From the NCBI GenBank assembly GCA_963730935.1, contig CAVSTP010000004.1, positions 1,728,001-1,792,000 of the forward strand: a DNA stretch of 64,000 nt, in the 5' to 3' direction. A program made the translations under genes and the position numbers. Origin of the DNA: an uncultured Nitrospiraceae bacterium (GTDB taxonomy: Bacteria > Nitrospirota > Nitrospiria > Nitrospirales > Nitrospiraceae). Below the pieces are notes generated by a model. The model saw only the letters and a program-made list of their open reading frames with translations. It made no database searches and was not told the origin of the DNA. Below are positions 42,521 through 52,161 of the stretch, piece by piece; positions within the stretch are counted from its first letter, which is position 1; every line of letters starts with the position of its first letter.

Positions 42521-44553
42521 GATGTCCCTCTCGCAGCGGTCACGAAGCGTCCGACGGTCGGCAACACGACGGTGAAGATCGCTCCGCTCTCCCCGTTGTT
42601 GACTTCGATGCGTCCACGATGGTCCGAGACAATGCCGTATGTGAGAAACAGTCCGAGTCCCGTGCCCTGTCCGGCAGGTTTGGTACTGAAGAAGGGATCG
42701 AACACACGGTCGATATTGGAACTCGGTATTCCGGGACCGTTATCCGCCACACGAATTTCCACCCACGACTGCCCTTCCATCTCGATGACAGACGTCTGCA
42801 CGGCAACCAAGCCGGCATTACTACGCGCACTGACCGCGTCGATGCCGTTATTGATGAGATTGAGCAAGACCGTTTCCAGCCGGTCTCGGTCACCCATAAT
42901 GGGCGGCAATGACGCAGCCAGCGTGGACTCCAGCCGCACCGAGAGGGCGGAGGTCCGTTCGCCCGCCATGGAGAGACAACTACGCACGACACTGTTCATC
43001 TCGACTGGCTTGAGTGTGGAGACGGTGCCCCGGGAGAACGTCAAAATGCTTTTGGTCACCCGTGAGATGCGTTCGGCGTGCGAACGAATCGTCATCAAAT
43101 CCCGGCGCAGCTCCGCAGACATCGGCAACCGCACCGCATCGTCTTCCATGCATTCAATGCGATTGAGAATGATGCCCAAGGGGTTATTGATCTCATGGGC
43201 GATGCCGCTGGCTACTTTCCCCAATGTGGCCAGCCGCTCGGCCAATTCCAGGCTCTGCATGTGCTTCGTGATCTCCTGCGTTTTCTCTTCGACGCGGCGC
43301 GCCAGATCGCGATTCAACCCTTCGAGCTCAGCCCGAGACGCCTTCAATCGATCGGCCATGCGATGCACGGCCGCCGACAGACTCTCGAACTCGTCACCCG
43401 TCTTGATATTAATCGGCTCATCGTACGTGCCCTGACTGATCGCCTCGACTCCGCTCTGTAAGAGCTGAATCGGCCGCGCGATCCTGGCCGCCACATAGCG
43501 GCCCATGGCCCATAGCAGAACCAGCATCACTACGCCGATCGCCGCCAGATTTCTCACCTGATCGTGGATCGGCGCATAGCTTTCACCCGGCTGCTGCCTG
43601 ACAAAGATGTGCCACGTATTATCCGGGAGCTTGAGCCCGTTGACGGGCGCGTAGCCCACAACCGTATCGGACGCCCCATGACCGTCGTCTTCCGCGATGG
43701 CCCATCCCGGATCGGATGACACGATCATCGCCATGAGCTGACTGGGAATGCGATGCGCCTCACGGGCGAGTATCGGACAGACCAGAGGCTGTCCGGCCGC
43801 ATTGAACAGCATCGCGTGGCCGGTCTGTCCGATCTTGATCTGTGCGATCATCGCAAACAGGCCGTCGAAGCGATAGGAGGCGACCACGGCACCGATCACA
43901 TTCTGTTGCCGGTCGTCCAGAATCGGCACCGCGATGTCCAACGTTTCATCCGATGCTTTGAAGGCGCCTTCTTCTGCGGGAATCAGCCCGCTCAGATAGA
44001 CCTCTTCACCGCTGTTCCGAATGGCCTTCCACCACATCTCATCCCCAAAATAATAACGGTCAGGCTCGGAACTCGCCGCCACTAGCGCTCCGTGTTGGTC
44101 CACAATGAAGAGTCCGATGACCTTGTCGCCGTCTCGGACCTTGGTTTCGAAAAGGAATCGTGAGAGCTCGGCATTCAGCAAGGCCTGTGCATGCTCACTG
44201 CCCTCGCTCCAGAGCTGCATGCGGGCCTTGATCAGGTGGGCCGCCTTTTCCTTGTCGGGCGGATAGGCGGAATTGGCGATTTCGACCGGCAGGCGCACAC
44301 GCAAAGGCGCAGAGCCCAGCAGCCGGACGTTCCGCACCTCGCCTTGCACGAGCATCGTGACCTCATCGGCCGCCTGAACGGCGACGGCCTGGAGATTTCC
44401 TCCAATGACATCGCGCAGCGATCGCATTCCGGAGACATAGGCCAGCACCAAACCGATCACCAGCGGAATACACCCCACCAGGACGATGGCCCAGACGATT
44501 CGTCCACGAATGGTTCGGATTTTCACGTTGGTCCCCATTATTTGCCGCGTCAT
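42496..44553 (-). CDS. Sensor histidine kinase (periplasmic Cache-like + HAMP + HisKA + HATPase)
   Basis: Two TM helices, AHEINNPL, N box NLINNG, DNGPG, FDPFFSTK, GTGLGL. Confidence 0.93.
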   Translation of the reverse strand: MTRQIMGTNVKIRTIRGRIVWAIVLVGCIPLVIGLVLAYVSGMRSLRDVIGGNLQAVAVQAADEVTMLVQGEVRNVRLLGSAPLRVRLPVEIANSAYPPDKEKAAHLIKARMQLWSEGSEHAQALLNAELSRFLFETKVRDGDKVIGLFIVDQHGALVAASSEPDRYYFGDEMWWKAIRNSGEEVYLSGLIPAEEGAFKASDETLDIAVPILDDRQQNVIGAVVASYRFDGLFAMIAQIKIGQTGHAMLFNAAGQPLVCPILAREAHRIPSQLMAMIVSSDPGWAIAEDDGHGASDTVVGYAPVNGLKLPDNTWHIFVRQQPGESYAPIHDQVRNLAAIGVVMLVLLWAMGRYVAARIARPIQLLQSGVEAISQGTYDEPINIKTGDEFESLSAAVHRMADRLKASRAELEGLNRDLARRVEEKTQEITKHMQSLELAERLATLGKVASGIAHEINNPLGIILNRIECMEDDAVRLPMSAELRRDLMTIRSHAERISRVTKSILTFSRGTVSTLKPVEMNSVVRSCLSMAGERTSALSVRLESTLAASLPPIMGDRDRLETVLLNLINNGIDAVSARSNAGLVAVQTSVIEMEGQSWVEIRVADNGPGIPSSNIDRVFDPFFSTKPAGQGTGLGLFLTYGIVSDHRGRIEVNNGESGAIFTVVLPTVGRFVTAARGTSWESQAKS

Positions 44554-45099
44554 TGTACGCAACAGACACGTGAAAACTCTAGGCCTGCATAAAATCGTCG
44601 GTTTCGAAGGAAGTACAGAAGAGGTGGCGAGGTTTTCAAGGCACCGCGAGCAGTGAAGACAATAACAAAATTGGTGTCGTCCGATTTAGGACAAGTAGCA
44701 AACGTGACTGCTTTCTGCTGACAAATCCAAGAAAGGCAACTGTCCGACGTCGATTGGTTCAATTGGGAAGACAGTCAACCCACACCAAGCGGTTTCTACA
44801 TTCATCCGCGCTATCATGTACTTCATTACTTCGCAGGGTGCAGGTCAATGACACTGCCTGCTTCGTTGACTTCTGCCGTTACGAGAGCTCCGTCTAGGAC
44901 CAGTGTCAAGGGGAGATGGAGGGCAAGAATACAGAGTCTGCCTGGAGTGGACCTAGGTGTGATCAAGTTGGCAGGACAGAGGGGAGAGCTTTTTGCCGTA
45001 TCAATTTCACTGAAGCCACAGCCCGCTGAACGGCATCGTCCAGTTGCTCAGCCGAAGTACTTTGTTTCACCAACCAATCCAACAACGCGGGCGGCGGCA

Positions 45100-45139
45100 G
45101 GATCTACGTAGTTCTACTGGCATCCCCAAGGGGAATTGA
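45100..45139 (+). repeat. Second repeat family, copy 1 (recombinase 3' end/tRNA-Glu-like)
   Basis: GGATCTACGTAGTTCTACTGGCATCCCCAAGGGGAATTGA; near-identical at 48324 and 50130. Confidence 0.8.
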
Positions 45140-45228
45140 GGGTTTTATTAAAGGCTTTTCAGGTCCTTGAGCCATCCCTTCTTTTGCAGGGATAGTGCTG
45201 GCGGCTTGAGCCAAGGCCACACACGCCG

Positions 45229-45801
45229 TTAGCAGGAGCCCGGTCGGCGCTCCTCGAACTCGACCACTCCTCGTCTTCGATCGAGTTCAATCAGGCAACA
45301 CTCATTCAACATTTTGCGAAGCTGCTGGCGTCCGCGTTGTACTCGGGACTTCATGCCGGGGACCGAAAGGCCAAGCTCGCTAGCCGCTTCTTGGTTGGTC
45401 AGCCCTTCCAATTCCACGAGTCTAATCGCCTCTCGATAGTCAGCCGACAAGCGGTCAATCATTGGCCGAAGACAGTTGGAAAGTTCGTACTTAGCTTCAT
45501 TTTCGTCCTCTTCAACGGCCAGTGCCTGCTTATCTTCCTCAATCTCTGTCGCCAGACCGACTGGCAATTCTCTCTTCCGCTCTGGTGAGCGGTAATGATC
45601 GATGATGGCATTGCGAGTGATTTGAAAAACCCACGATATCATGCGATCAGGGTCCTTAAGGCGATCGATATGCTGATGAACACGCAAAAAGACCTCTTGC
45701 AACAAATCATCCGTTTCCGCCGCATTGTGCGTGCGTTTAGCTATGAAGGCTCGGAGACCATCATGGAGCTGTTCCCACATACTGGACGTGGTGTTTTCCA
45801 T
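45229..45801 (-). CDS. sigZ: ECF RNA polymerase sigma factor SigZ
   Basis: DDLLQEVFLR, W.FQITRNAIID.YR, KSRVQRGR..L..CC. Confidence 0.88.
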   Translation of the reverse strand: MENTTSSMWEQLHDGLRAFIAKRTHNAAETDDLLQEVFLRVHQHIDRLKDPDRMISWVFQITRNAIIDHYRSPERKRELPVGLATEIEEDKQALAVEEDENEAKYELSNCLRPMIDRLSADYREAIRLVELEGLTNQEAASELGLSVPGMKSRVQRGRQQLRKMLNECCLIELDRRRGVVEFEERRPGSC

Positions 45802-45859
45802 TTTCATCTCCAGTCGGTAGCGCCGGCTGCGCACTAAGACGCAGCCGCTCTAAGCTACT

Positions 45860-46345
45860 CTACTCCTTGGACGTTGAACAGGTGGGAAGGCCTTTGGCAG
45901 CTCTATTGGGGATGCAGCACCCCGTGCTTGACAGAGGTCCCTCCACCGGAAGCTGCTCATGCACTGTGAAGACTTCCCACGCGTTGCCATCTGGATCAGA
46001 AAACCAGAGTTTATCCTGGCGAGCAAAGCAACAGGCGGTGTTCTCCTCCACCCGTTCCAGGATGCCTTGTGTCTGCAGACGATCTTTCCACATGGCAATT
46101 TCGTCAACGGCTTCGACTTCGATCCCCAAGTGGTCGACAGAGCTGAGTCGCCCGGTCGAGGAGACCAAGGAGAAGTTTAAGGCGGGCTGGGTCAAATTGA
46201 ACTTGGCATAATCCTCTGTCTGCTTCTGCGGTGCTACCCCAAACACTTCTTGATAGAACGCAACTGATGCCGGAACACTGCGCACGTCGAGCGAAAGATG
46301 TGGTCTCACGGCGCTCTCCCTTCCTTGACCTTGAGAAGGCCCCAT
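45860..46345 (-). CDS. ArsI/CadI-family VOC metalloenzyme
   Basis: HLSLDV, YAKF, DHLGIEV, TACCFARQDKLWFSDPDGNAWEVF, second CC pair near the C-terminus. Confidence 0.88.
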   Translation of the reverse strand: MGPSQGQGRESAVRPHLSLDVRSVPASVAFYQEVFGVAPQKQTEDYAKFNLTQPALNFSLVSSTGRLSSVDHLGIEVEAVDEIAMWKDRLQTQGILERVEENTACCFARQDKLWFSDPDGNAWEVFTVHEQLPVEGPLSSTGCCIPNRAAKGLPTCSTSKE

Positions 46346-46397
46346 TACCTTCTTACTGTCATAGACGAGTCATCTAGGAAAGGGATGCACCGCAGGC

Positions 46398-46427
46398 TTG
46401 ACATATCAACATTTGTTGATTTATCTT
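46398..46427 (+). promoter_or_regulatory. arsR sigma-70 promoter with ArsR operator
   Basis: TTGACA-N18-TATCTT enclosing the palindrome ATCAACATTTGTTGAT (46405-46420). Confidence 0.7.
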
Positions 46428-46434
46428 AGCGGAC

Positions 46435-46755
46435 ATGGTGGCAGCAGTCGCCTCTCGCATTAAAGCCAGCGCTGTATTTCACGCGTTATCGGATCCCACC
46501 CGCCTAGAGCTCGTCAATCGTCTCGTTGCCGGAGAGCAGTGTGTCTGCGAATTGACAGATGCATTAAAGACCGGCCAATCCCGACTTTCTTTTCATCTGA
46601 AGGTCTTAAAGGAGTCTGGTCTTATTCTGGATCGTCGAGAGGGACGGTGGATGTATTATGCCCTCAACGAGGAAGCCTTTGAAGAACTCGAAGAATTGAT
46701 TCGCACCTTAAAGAAAGGGGCATTGTTGGGTCAGTCGGCCAGACGTCGCTGTTAG
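46435..46755 (+). CDS. arsR: ArsR/SmtB transcriptional repressor
   Basis: FHALSDPTRL, EQCVCEL, SFHLKVLK, GRWMYY. Confidence 0.93.
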   Translation: MVAAVASRIKASAVFHALSDPTRLELVNRLVAGEQCVCELTDALKTGQSRLSFHLKVLKESGLILDRREGRWMYYALNEEAFEELEELIRTLKKGALLGQSARRRC

Positions 46756-46770
46756 TTTTTTTTCCTTCAA

Positions 46771-46792
46771 TGCATCAACAATTGTTGATGCA
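46771..46792. promoter_or_regulatory. Second ArsR-type operator between arsR and acr3
   Basis: Perfect 22 bp palindrome TGCATCAACAATTGTTGATGCA. Confidence 0.65.
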
Positions 46793-46806
46793 ACAGGTCA
46801 AAAGGG

Positions 46807-47907
46807 ATGCTCATGGAACTGGCATTCGAGACATCGATCCCTGTTGTGGCGAAAAAACGGCTCAATCTATTTGAACGATATCTGACCGCATGGGTCGGTT
46901 TGTGTATGGTCATTGGCGTATTGTTGGGCCGGTGGTTCCCCAACCTGGTCGCCACGATGCGCAGCTGGGAGTTCGAGGAAGGAAGCCACATTAACCTGCC
47001 GATCGCGGTACTCATCTGGCTCATGATCATCCCCATGATGATGAAAGTCGACATGACTGCTCTTCGGCAGGTTGGGCGGAAACCGACGGGGCTGCTTATC
47101 ACGCTCGTTGTGAACTGGTTGGTTAAACCGTTTTCCATGGCATTCCTTGCCTGGCTCTTTTTTCGATATGTATTTTCAGCGTGGATTATGCCTTCCGAGG
47201 CCGATCAATACATCGCCGGATGCATCATTTTGGCGGCAGCTCCTTGCACAGCAATGGTATTTGTGTGGAGCTATCTTACCGATGGTGATCCCGCCTACAC
47301 CCTCGTCCAAGTCACGGTCAATGATCTCATCATGCTGGTTCTCTTCGCGCCGATTATTGGATTCCTCGTCAGTGGAGCGTCTTCGCTCACCGTACCCTTC
47401 GACGTGATGTTTTACTCGGTCATTGCCTTCATCGTGATTCCTCTCACAATAGGCACAGGCTTACGGGCCTGGGTCATCAAACGCCATGGCAAGGCCTGGT
47501 ATGAGAAAGAATTCCTACCAAGGTTCGCCCCAGTCACGATCGTGGCGTTATTAGCCACGCTCGTTCTAATCTTTGCCTTTCAAGCAGACAATCTCATCTC
47601 AAAAACGTGGCATGTGGCGCTGATAGCCATCCCCATTCTGCTACAGGTCTATGTGAATGCGTCACTGGCCTATTGGTTAATGTGGTGGCGACGAGTGCCA
47701 CACCCCGTGGCTGCTCCTGGCGCACTCATCGGTGCGAGCAACTTTTTTGAATTAGCAGTAGCAACCGCCATCGCGCTTTTTGGACCAGCGTCTGGCGCGG
47801 CCTTAGCGACCGTCGTCGGTGTCCTCGTCGAAGTACCTGTGATGCTGTCTGTGTGTGCCGTGTGTAATCGGACCAAAGAGTGGTTTCCACCGGAAGTAAC
47901 GCCATGA
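46807..47907 (+). CDS. acr3: Acr3 arsenite efflux transporter
   Basis: FERYLT.WV, NWLVKPFSM, AAPCTAMVFVWS, GASNFFELAVA, GVLVEVPVML. Confidence 0.95.
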   Translation: MLMELAFETSIPVVAKKRLNLFERYLTAWVGLCMVIGVLLGRWFPNLVATMRSWEFEEGSHINLPIAVLIWLMIIPMMMKVDMTALRQVGRKPTGLLITLVVNWLVKPFSMAFLAWLFFRYVFSAWIMPSEADQYIAGCIILAAAPCTAMVFVWSYLTDGDPAYTLVQVTVNDLIMLVLFAPIIGFLVSGASSLTVPFDVMFYSVIAFIVIPLTIGTGLRAWVIKRHGKAWYEKEFLPRFAPVTIVALLATLVLIFAFQADNLISKTWHVALIAIPILLQVYVNASLAYWLMWWRRVPHPVAAPGALIGASNFFELAVATAIALFGPASGAALATVVGVLVEVPVMLSVCAVCNRTKEWFPPEVTP

Positions 47908-48323
47908 AAAAGAAGGTACTGTTTCTCTGTACTGGCAATTCCTGCCGGAGCCAGATGTCAGAAGGATGGCTTCGGCGACTCGCCGGAGATCAATTTGATG
48001 TTGTGAGTGCTGGTACACATCCTGTTGGGCTCAATCCGTATGCCGTTGCAGCTATGCAGGAAGTTGGTATCGATATTTCCAATCATGTCTCCGAACGGGT
48101 GGACCCGTATCTAGGCCAAGAATTTGATTATGTGATTACGGTGTGTGACCGTGCACAGGAAAACTGTCCGACCTTTCCTGGGGCTTCCAAAATGTTGCAT
48201 TGGAGCTTTGAAGATCCGGCAAAGGCTACGGGTTCATACGAGCAGCAGATGATCGTCTTTAAGAACATCCGCGATGAAATCGAAGAACAAATTCGGCGCT
48301 TTATTACAGAGATTGGGAGCTGA
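47904..48323 (+). CDS. arsC: Arsenate reductase (LMW-PTP, thioredoxin type)
   Basis: LCTGNSCRSQM, TVCD..ENCP.FPG, HWSFEDP; ATGA overlap with acr3. Confidence 0.93.
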   Translation: MKKKVLFLCTGNSCRSQMSEGWLRRLAGDQFDVVSAGTHPVGLNPYAVAAMQEVGIDISNHVSERVDPYLGQEFDYVITVCDRAQENCPTFPGASKMLHWSFEDPAKATGSYEQQMIVFKNIRDEIEEQIRRFITEIGS

Positions 48324-48361
48324 CGGATCTACGTAGTTCTACCTGGTGCCCCCAACGGGAA
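48324..48361 (+). repeat. Second repeat family, copy 2
   Basis: CGGATCTACGTAGTTCTACCTGGTGCCCCCAACGGGAA starts right after the arsC stop codon. Confidence 0.8.
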
Positions 48362-48640
48362 CAATCAAGCCACGGAGCACCCTCTTAGCTTCTGATGCAG
48401 ACACCCTCCTCACCCCCATCCCCGCATGTAACGAAGGAGCACGCCGTTAAGGCGCGAACCGCGCTCCTAGACCTCGTGGGCTGCATCATTGATCTACTAG
48501 CCAAGCATGACAAGACAACAGCAGATGCACTCCGTCGGTATGCGGACCAATTTGGGCGGCTAGAACAACTAGATCAAGAGGCGGGAATGCCGTCGCGATC
48601 CAAGGCGATATGAGCAAAGTCGCCGAAGAAAGGAGCAATT

Positions 48641-49132
48641 ATGAGCACCGCAAATCTCCAGCAACGGCGTCCCAGCGCCGAACAGCGATTGAAGGAACTT
48701 GGCATCGAGCTTCCGCCGCCTCCTGAGCCGTTTGGCATTTATGTGGAAGCTGTTCAGACAGGCCATCTGCTTTTTTTGACTGGGATGCTTCCGACGGCAG
48801 GCCGCGAGGCCAAATTCACTGGGCGCGTCGGCGCTGAGCTCGATACAGAAACGGGCCGCAAGGCGGCTCACCTCGCGGCGCTTAATGTCCTCACTGTCGC
48901 GCGGGAGCATCTGGGATCGCTCGACAAAGTGACCCGCATCGTCCGGCTTGGCGTTTTGGTGGCCACTTCGGGAGATGTTCGCGATCAGCCGAAAGTCGCT
49001 GACGCCGCTTCGGAATTGTTACAAGACGTCTTCGGAAACGAGAAGAACCCCTCCCGTCTGGTGTACGGCGTCGCAAGTCTTCCGCTAGGGGTCCCGGTCG
49101 AGCTGGAGGTCATCTTCGAGGTGACGGACTAA
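48641..49132 (+). CDS. RidA/YjgF family protein
   Basis: RLKELGIELP, Y..AVQTG.LLFLTGMLP, GVASLPLGVPVELE; AGGAG RBS. Confidence 0.9.
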   Translation: MSTANLQQRRPSAEQRLKELGIELPPPPEPFGIYVEAVQTGHLLFLTGMLPTAGREAKFTGRVGAELDTETGRKAAHLAALNVLTVAREHLGSLDKVTRIVRLGVLVATSGDVRDQPKVADAASELLQDVFGNEKNPSRLVYGVASLPLGVPVELEVIFEVTD

Positions 49133-49565
49133 AGGCGCGGCGAGCAGCGTTGGCATCTCGCGAGCTGACAGGAAGTATTTTGAGCATTGACAACCTCTGA
49201 TCATCGACTTCTGAGGTCCAAATCCCTTGTTCGATTCTAGGTTTCTTGACATCTGAAAGAATTTGAACCGATCAGTGGCGGAGGACCGCGTGATGAGGCT
49301 TTCCCCCCGGACGTCAACGCTCCATTAACATTCAACGTCTGCAAGAATAATCTCTTTCCTTTGGCGGTCAGCCGCGCTGTGTCACCTTGTCTCAATGATC
49401 CGATTAACCGGCAGACCCCTCACTAGAATTTTCCCTAGTTGGGAAAAACAAGTAGCCAGGATTAGATTCAAGAGTGTGAAGGAAAAGCAGCTCCTCAGTC
49501 TGCCTGGTCTGGCGGTTGGAGCCTGTCAGCCAACCAATCGTGTATTGATCCGTCTTAAGCCGTTC

Positions 49566-50123
49566 ATGCTGGCAGTCATTCTTCTCCTAGGAGGACTTGT
49601 CGGATTCCCCGCACCTTTAAAGTCAGATTTGAAGAGCCCGCCCACGTACAGCAAACAGGAGATCCGCCGTGCCGTTACCGTCTACGCCAAGCTCTATCGT
49701 TTAGATCCCGCACTGCTGCGAGCCGTCATCAAGGTGGAGTCGAATTTTCGGCAGGATGCCATCTCGCGACGAGGGGCCGTGGGCCTCATGCAGCTTATGC
49801 CGCCAACGGCGGCTAGACTTCAGGTGGCTAACATCCATGATCCACTTCAAAATATCCAGGGAGGCGCGAAGCACTTACGGCATCTATTGGATTTCTACAA
49901 TGGAAATCTGCGGCTGGCACTCGCAGCGTATAATGCAGGGGCCCATCGGGTGAAGCGCGACGTACCGAGGATTCGGGAAACGAAGGTCTACATCCAAAAC
50001 GTGCTTGCGTACTATCACACTTACCACCGTCACCATGAGGTCTCAATCGAACATAATAAAAAAAGTGGACTGAAGGCCACCAAACAAATCAAAGCTGGCG
50101 CTCATGTTACAGCTCTCACTTGA
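49566..50123 (+). CDS. Soluble lytic transglycosylase (SLT) domain protein
   Basis: AVIKVESNF, GAVGLMQLMP, AAYNAG, ET..Y; start uncertain (ORF from 49395). Confidence 0.85.
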   Translation: MLAVILLLGGLVGFPAPLKSDLKSPPTYSKQEIRRAVTVYAKLYRLDPALLRAVIKVESNFRQDAISRRGAVGLMQLMPPTAARLQVANIHDPLQNIQGGAKHLRHLLDFYNGNLRLALAAYNAGAHRVKRDVPRIRETKVYIQNVLAYYHTYHRHHEVSIEHNKKSGLKATKQIKAGAHVTALT

Positions 50124-50129
50124 CTTTCT

Positions 50130-50171
50130 CGGATCTACGTAGTTCTACCTGGTGTCCCCAACGGGAATTGA
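50130..50171 (+). repeat. Second repeat family, copy 3
   Basis: CGGATCTACGTAGTTCTACCTGGTGTCCCCAACGGGAATTGA. Confidence 0.8.
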
Positions 50172-50235
50172 TGGCTTTTGTAAACGGCTTAATCTCTCCG
50201 GAGCATGTCCTTCAGAGGATTCGTGAACGCCGCCT

Positions 50236-50369
50236 GATCTGCGGTTTACGAAATTCCGCAAAGCCAACCTCAGACATCCTAACCCCACAAGAAACTTCAC
50301 CAGAGGATGCAGCCGATATGGGGGCAGAGGGAGCTGATTTGTCCTGTCCTGGTAGCGGCGTGGTAGCAG
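50236..50369 (+). repeat. Dispersed att-like repeat, copy C
   Basis: GATCTGCGGTTTACGAA..CCAACCTCAGACATCCTAACCCCACAAGAAAC..TGTCCTGTCCTGGTAGCGGCGTGGTAGCAG. Confidence 0.85.
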
Positions 50370-50526
50370 ACCGAGACTGCGAGATTTGAAAACACTTGGG
50401 CCTCGAGACTATCGGGCGCGATCAGTTCAGACTCGCGGCAACATCCCGACCTTATTGACCCAAGTGTGTCTCATAATCCCCTCCTGTGGAGCGGGAACGA
50501 GCGAAGCATTCCCCAAGAAGCGTGTT

Positions 50527-50925
50527 CTAGATCTGACCTGGCGCTAATAGCGCAACGAGGTCCTCCGGAGCGCCCCGCCCCGACTTCACCAATAGATAGC
50601 GCGACTGAGCATAAGAGAAAAACGCGTTACGGCGATCTTGGGGGACGCCCAACAATGCGCTGAGCGAGGTTAGATATTCACCGCCGCCTTTGGCCATGTC
50701 CTGCTTTACGTTTTCAAAATTGAAGGCCACGAAGGCGATCACCTTTTGGTCTGCTTTTAGGACTCCGTCCTCGGTAAACCAACTACTCGGAGTTGTGGAG
50801 GAGAGAAAATCACTCGTCGAGCCGACAATTTTACCTACAGTCTCAGTCACAGTGCAGGCGGAAAAGGTCATGCACAGTAGTCCGGCCAGAACAAGATGTC
50901 TGATGATGAGTGATCTCTCTCGCAT
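50527..50925 (-). CDS. DUF3015-family lipoprotein
   Basis: FSAC lipobox; 'NFENVKQDMAKGGGEYLTSL..LLGV'; AGGAGG RBS. Confidence 0.75.
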   Translation of the reverse strand: MRERSLIIRHLVLAGLLCMTFSACTVTETVGKIVGSTSDFLSSTTPSSWFTEDGVLKADQKVIAFVAFNFENVKQDMAKGGGEYLTSLSALLGVPQDRRNAFFSYAQSRYLLVKSGRGAPEDLVALLAPGQI

Positions 50926-51149
50926 AAGATCCTCCTTCTCAAGAATCAGGGTGGACTGATTCCGAGCCATTCGAAAGCCTCTTCCGGCGTAACAGGTGTG
51001 GAACTCTACGTCAATCCTCGAAGGATGGATACTGTCAAGATTGACACTGCCAAAACTGACAGTTGTAACAATATACAGAGTCCTAGGACTGGCTTACTTA
51101 CTCATTTTGAAGTCAGGCATGATCGTTGCCTTGTCGCGAACGCCTAAGT

Positions 51150-51310
51150 CCAATTCCTACCCGAGAAAATTTCCGTATACCTCGAGCTGGTCACGCGATT
51201 ACGGGGAGCCTTTCCACGACATCGTGCGGCAACAGTGGACGTTTGGTCTCCAAGGAAGTACCTGCGAAATTGAAGATCACTACGTGGAACTGCCGCCTAT
51301 TTTCGTTCAT
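51150..51310 (+). pseudogene. Fragment of a conserved hypothetical (putative carbohydrate-binding) gene
   Basis: 'FHDIVRQQWTFGLQGSTCEIEDHYVELP' resembles an IVRQQ(W/Y)NF family known to me; both ends missing. Confidence 0.4.
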
Positions 51311-51352
51311 AGCCCTGCTGTTGGTAATCATTGATGCAGTCACGTTCGATGC

Positions 51353-51487
51353 ATGGCTGTGTATCAACAAGGATTGTTAGCCCTAGACAAGATGCGGCGA
51401 AATGGAAATCAACGGATCATGGTTCAATATGTGAATGTGAGCGATGGTAGTCAGGCGGTAATTGGGAATGTCGAGAGTAGAAGTTAA
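51353..51487 (+). pseudogene. 3' fragment of an island-associated conserved hypothetical gene
   Basis: MAVYQQGLLALDKMRRNGNQRIMVQYVNVSDGSQAVIGNV; ends 6 bp before repeat copy D. Confidence 0.55.
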
Positions 51488-51493
51488 CGCTTT

Positions 51494-51625
51494 GACCTGC
51501 GGTTTACGAATTTCAGAAAGTCCAATCTTAGACACCTAACCCACAAGAAACCACAAAGGAGGCAGCCCCTGATGTGGCTACAGATGGGCCTGAGTTGTCC
51601 TGTCCTGGTAGCAGCGTGGTAGCAG
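51494..51625 (+). repeat. Dispersed att-like repeat, copy D
   Basis: GACCTGCGGTTTACGAA..CCCACAAGAAAC..TGTCCTGTCCTGGTAGCAGCGTGGTAGCAG. Confidence 0.85.
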
Positions 51626-52161
51626 GTGAAAAGGCGATTTTGAAGGAGTGACCTTTTCTCTAGGTCACACCCTTTCTACCTTGAAAAAAAAGACGGAGAC
51701 CCAGACCATGACAATCCCAAAGACGCGATTGATGAGGGCGAGGTCGTGTGTGGTGCCGGGATTATAGAGATGAGCACAAATTATGAGCACGGTACAGCCA
51801 CCGCCAATGCTCATCGTCAAATGCTTGATGTGTGACCAGCGGGTAAGCCCGAGCGGACCAGATATAACGTCCAGACAGTAATTTCAGACTGAGTGAGCAT
51901 ATCCAAAACGAATACAACTGCCTGATCGTTTTCCTGCGTCTGCTCCATATGCAGTCGTCTCGCTGTTTAGGGGCATGATGCACAGCCTGTCATAGGGGAA
52001 TCAATAGGACCAAATGGGGTAAGGAAATACGTGCATTTAACGTGCATCAACTGGGCTCCGGAGCCATGCAACGAGCATCGTGCGATTAACTCCGAATTGT
52101 TACCTTGCTGGCTGGATCAGAGTATCCCGAGCCAGTGCTAGTCCAGAGAGGGCTTTTTGAC

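Noticed and set aside
44850..44980. Possible degenerate IS3-like terminal repeat
   Set aside because: Weak resemblance; no transposase and no partner end.
48395..48613. 72-aa ORF after repeat copy 2
   Set aside because: No RBS or recognisable family; may be real but is unsupported.
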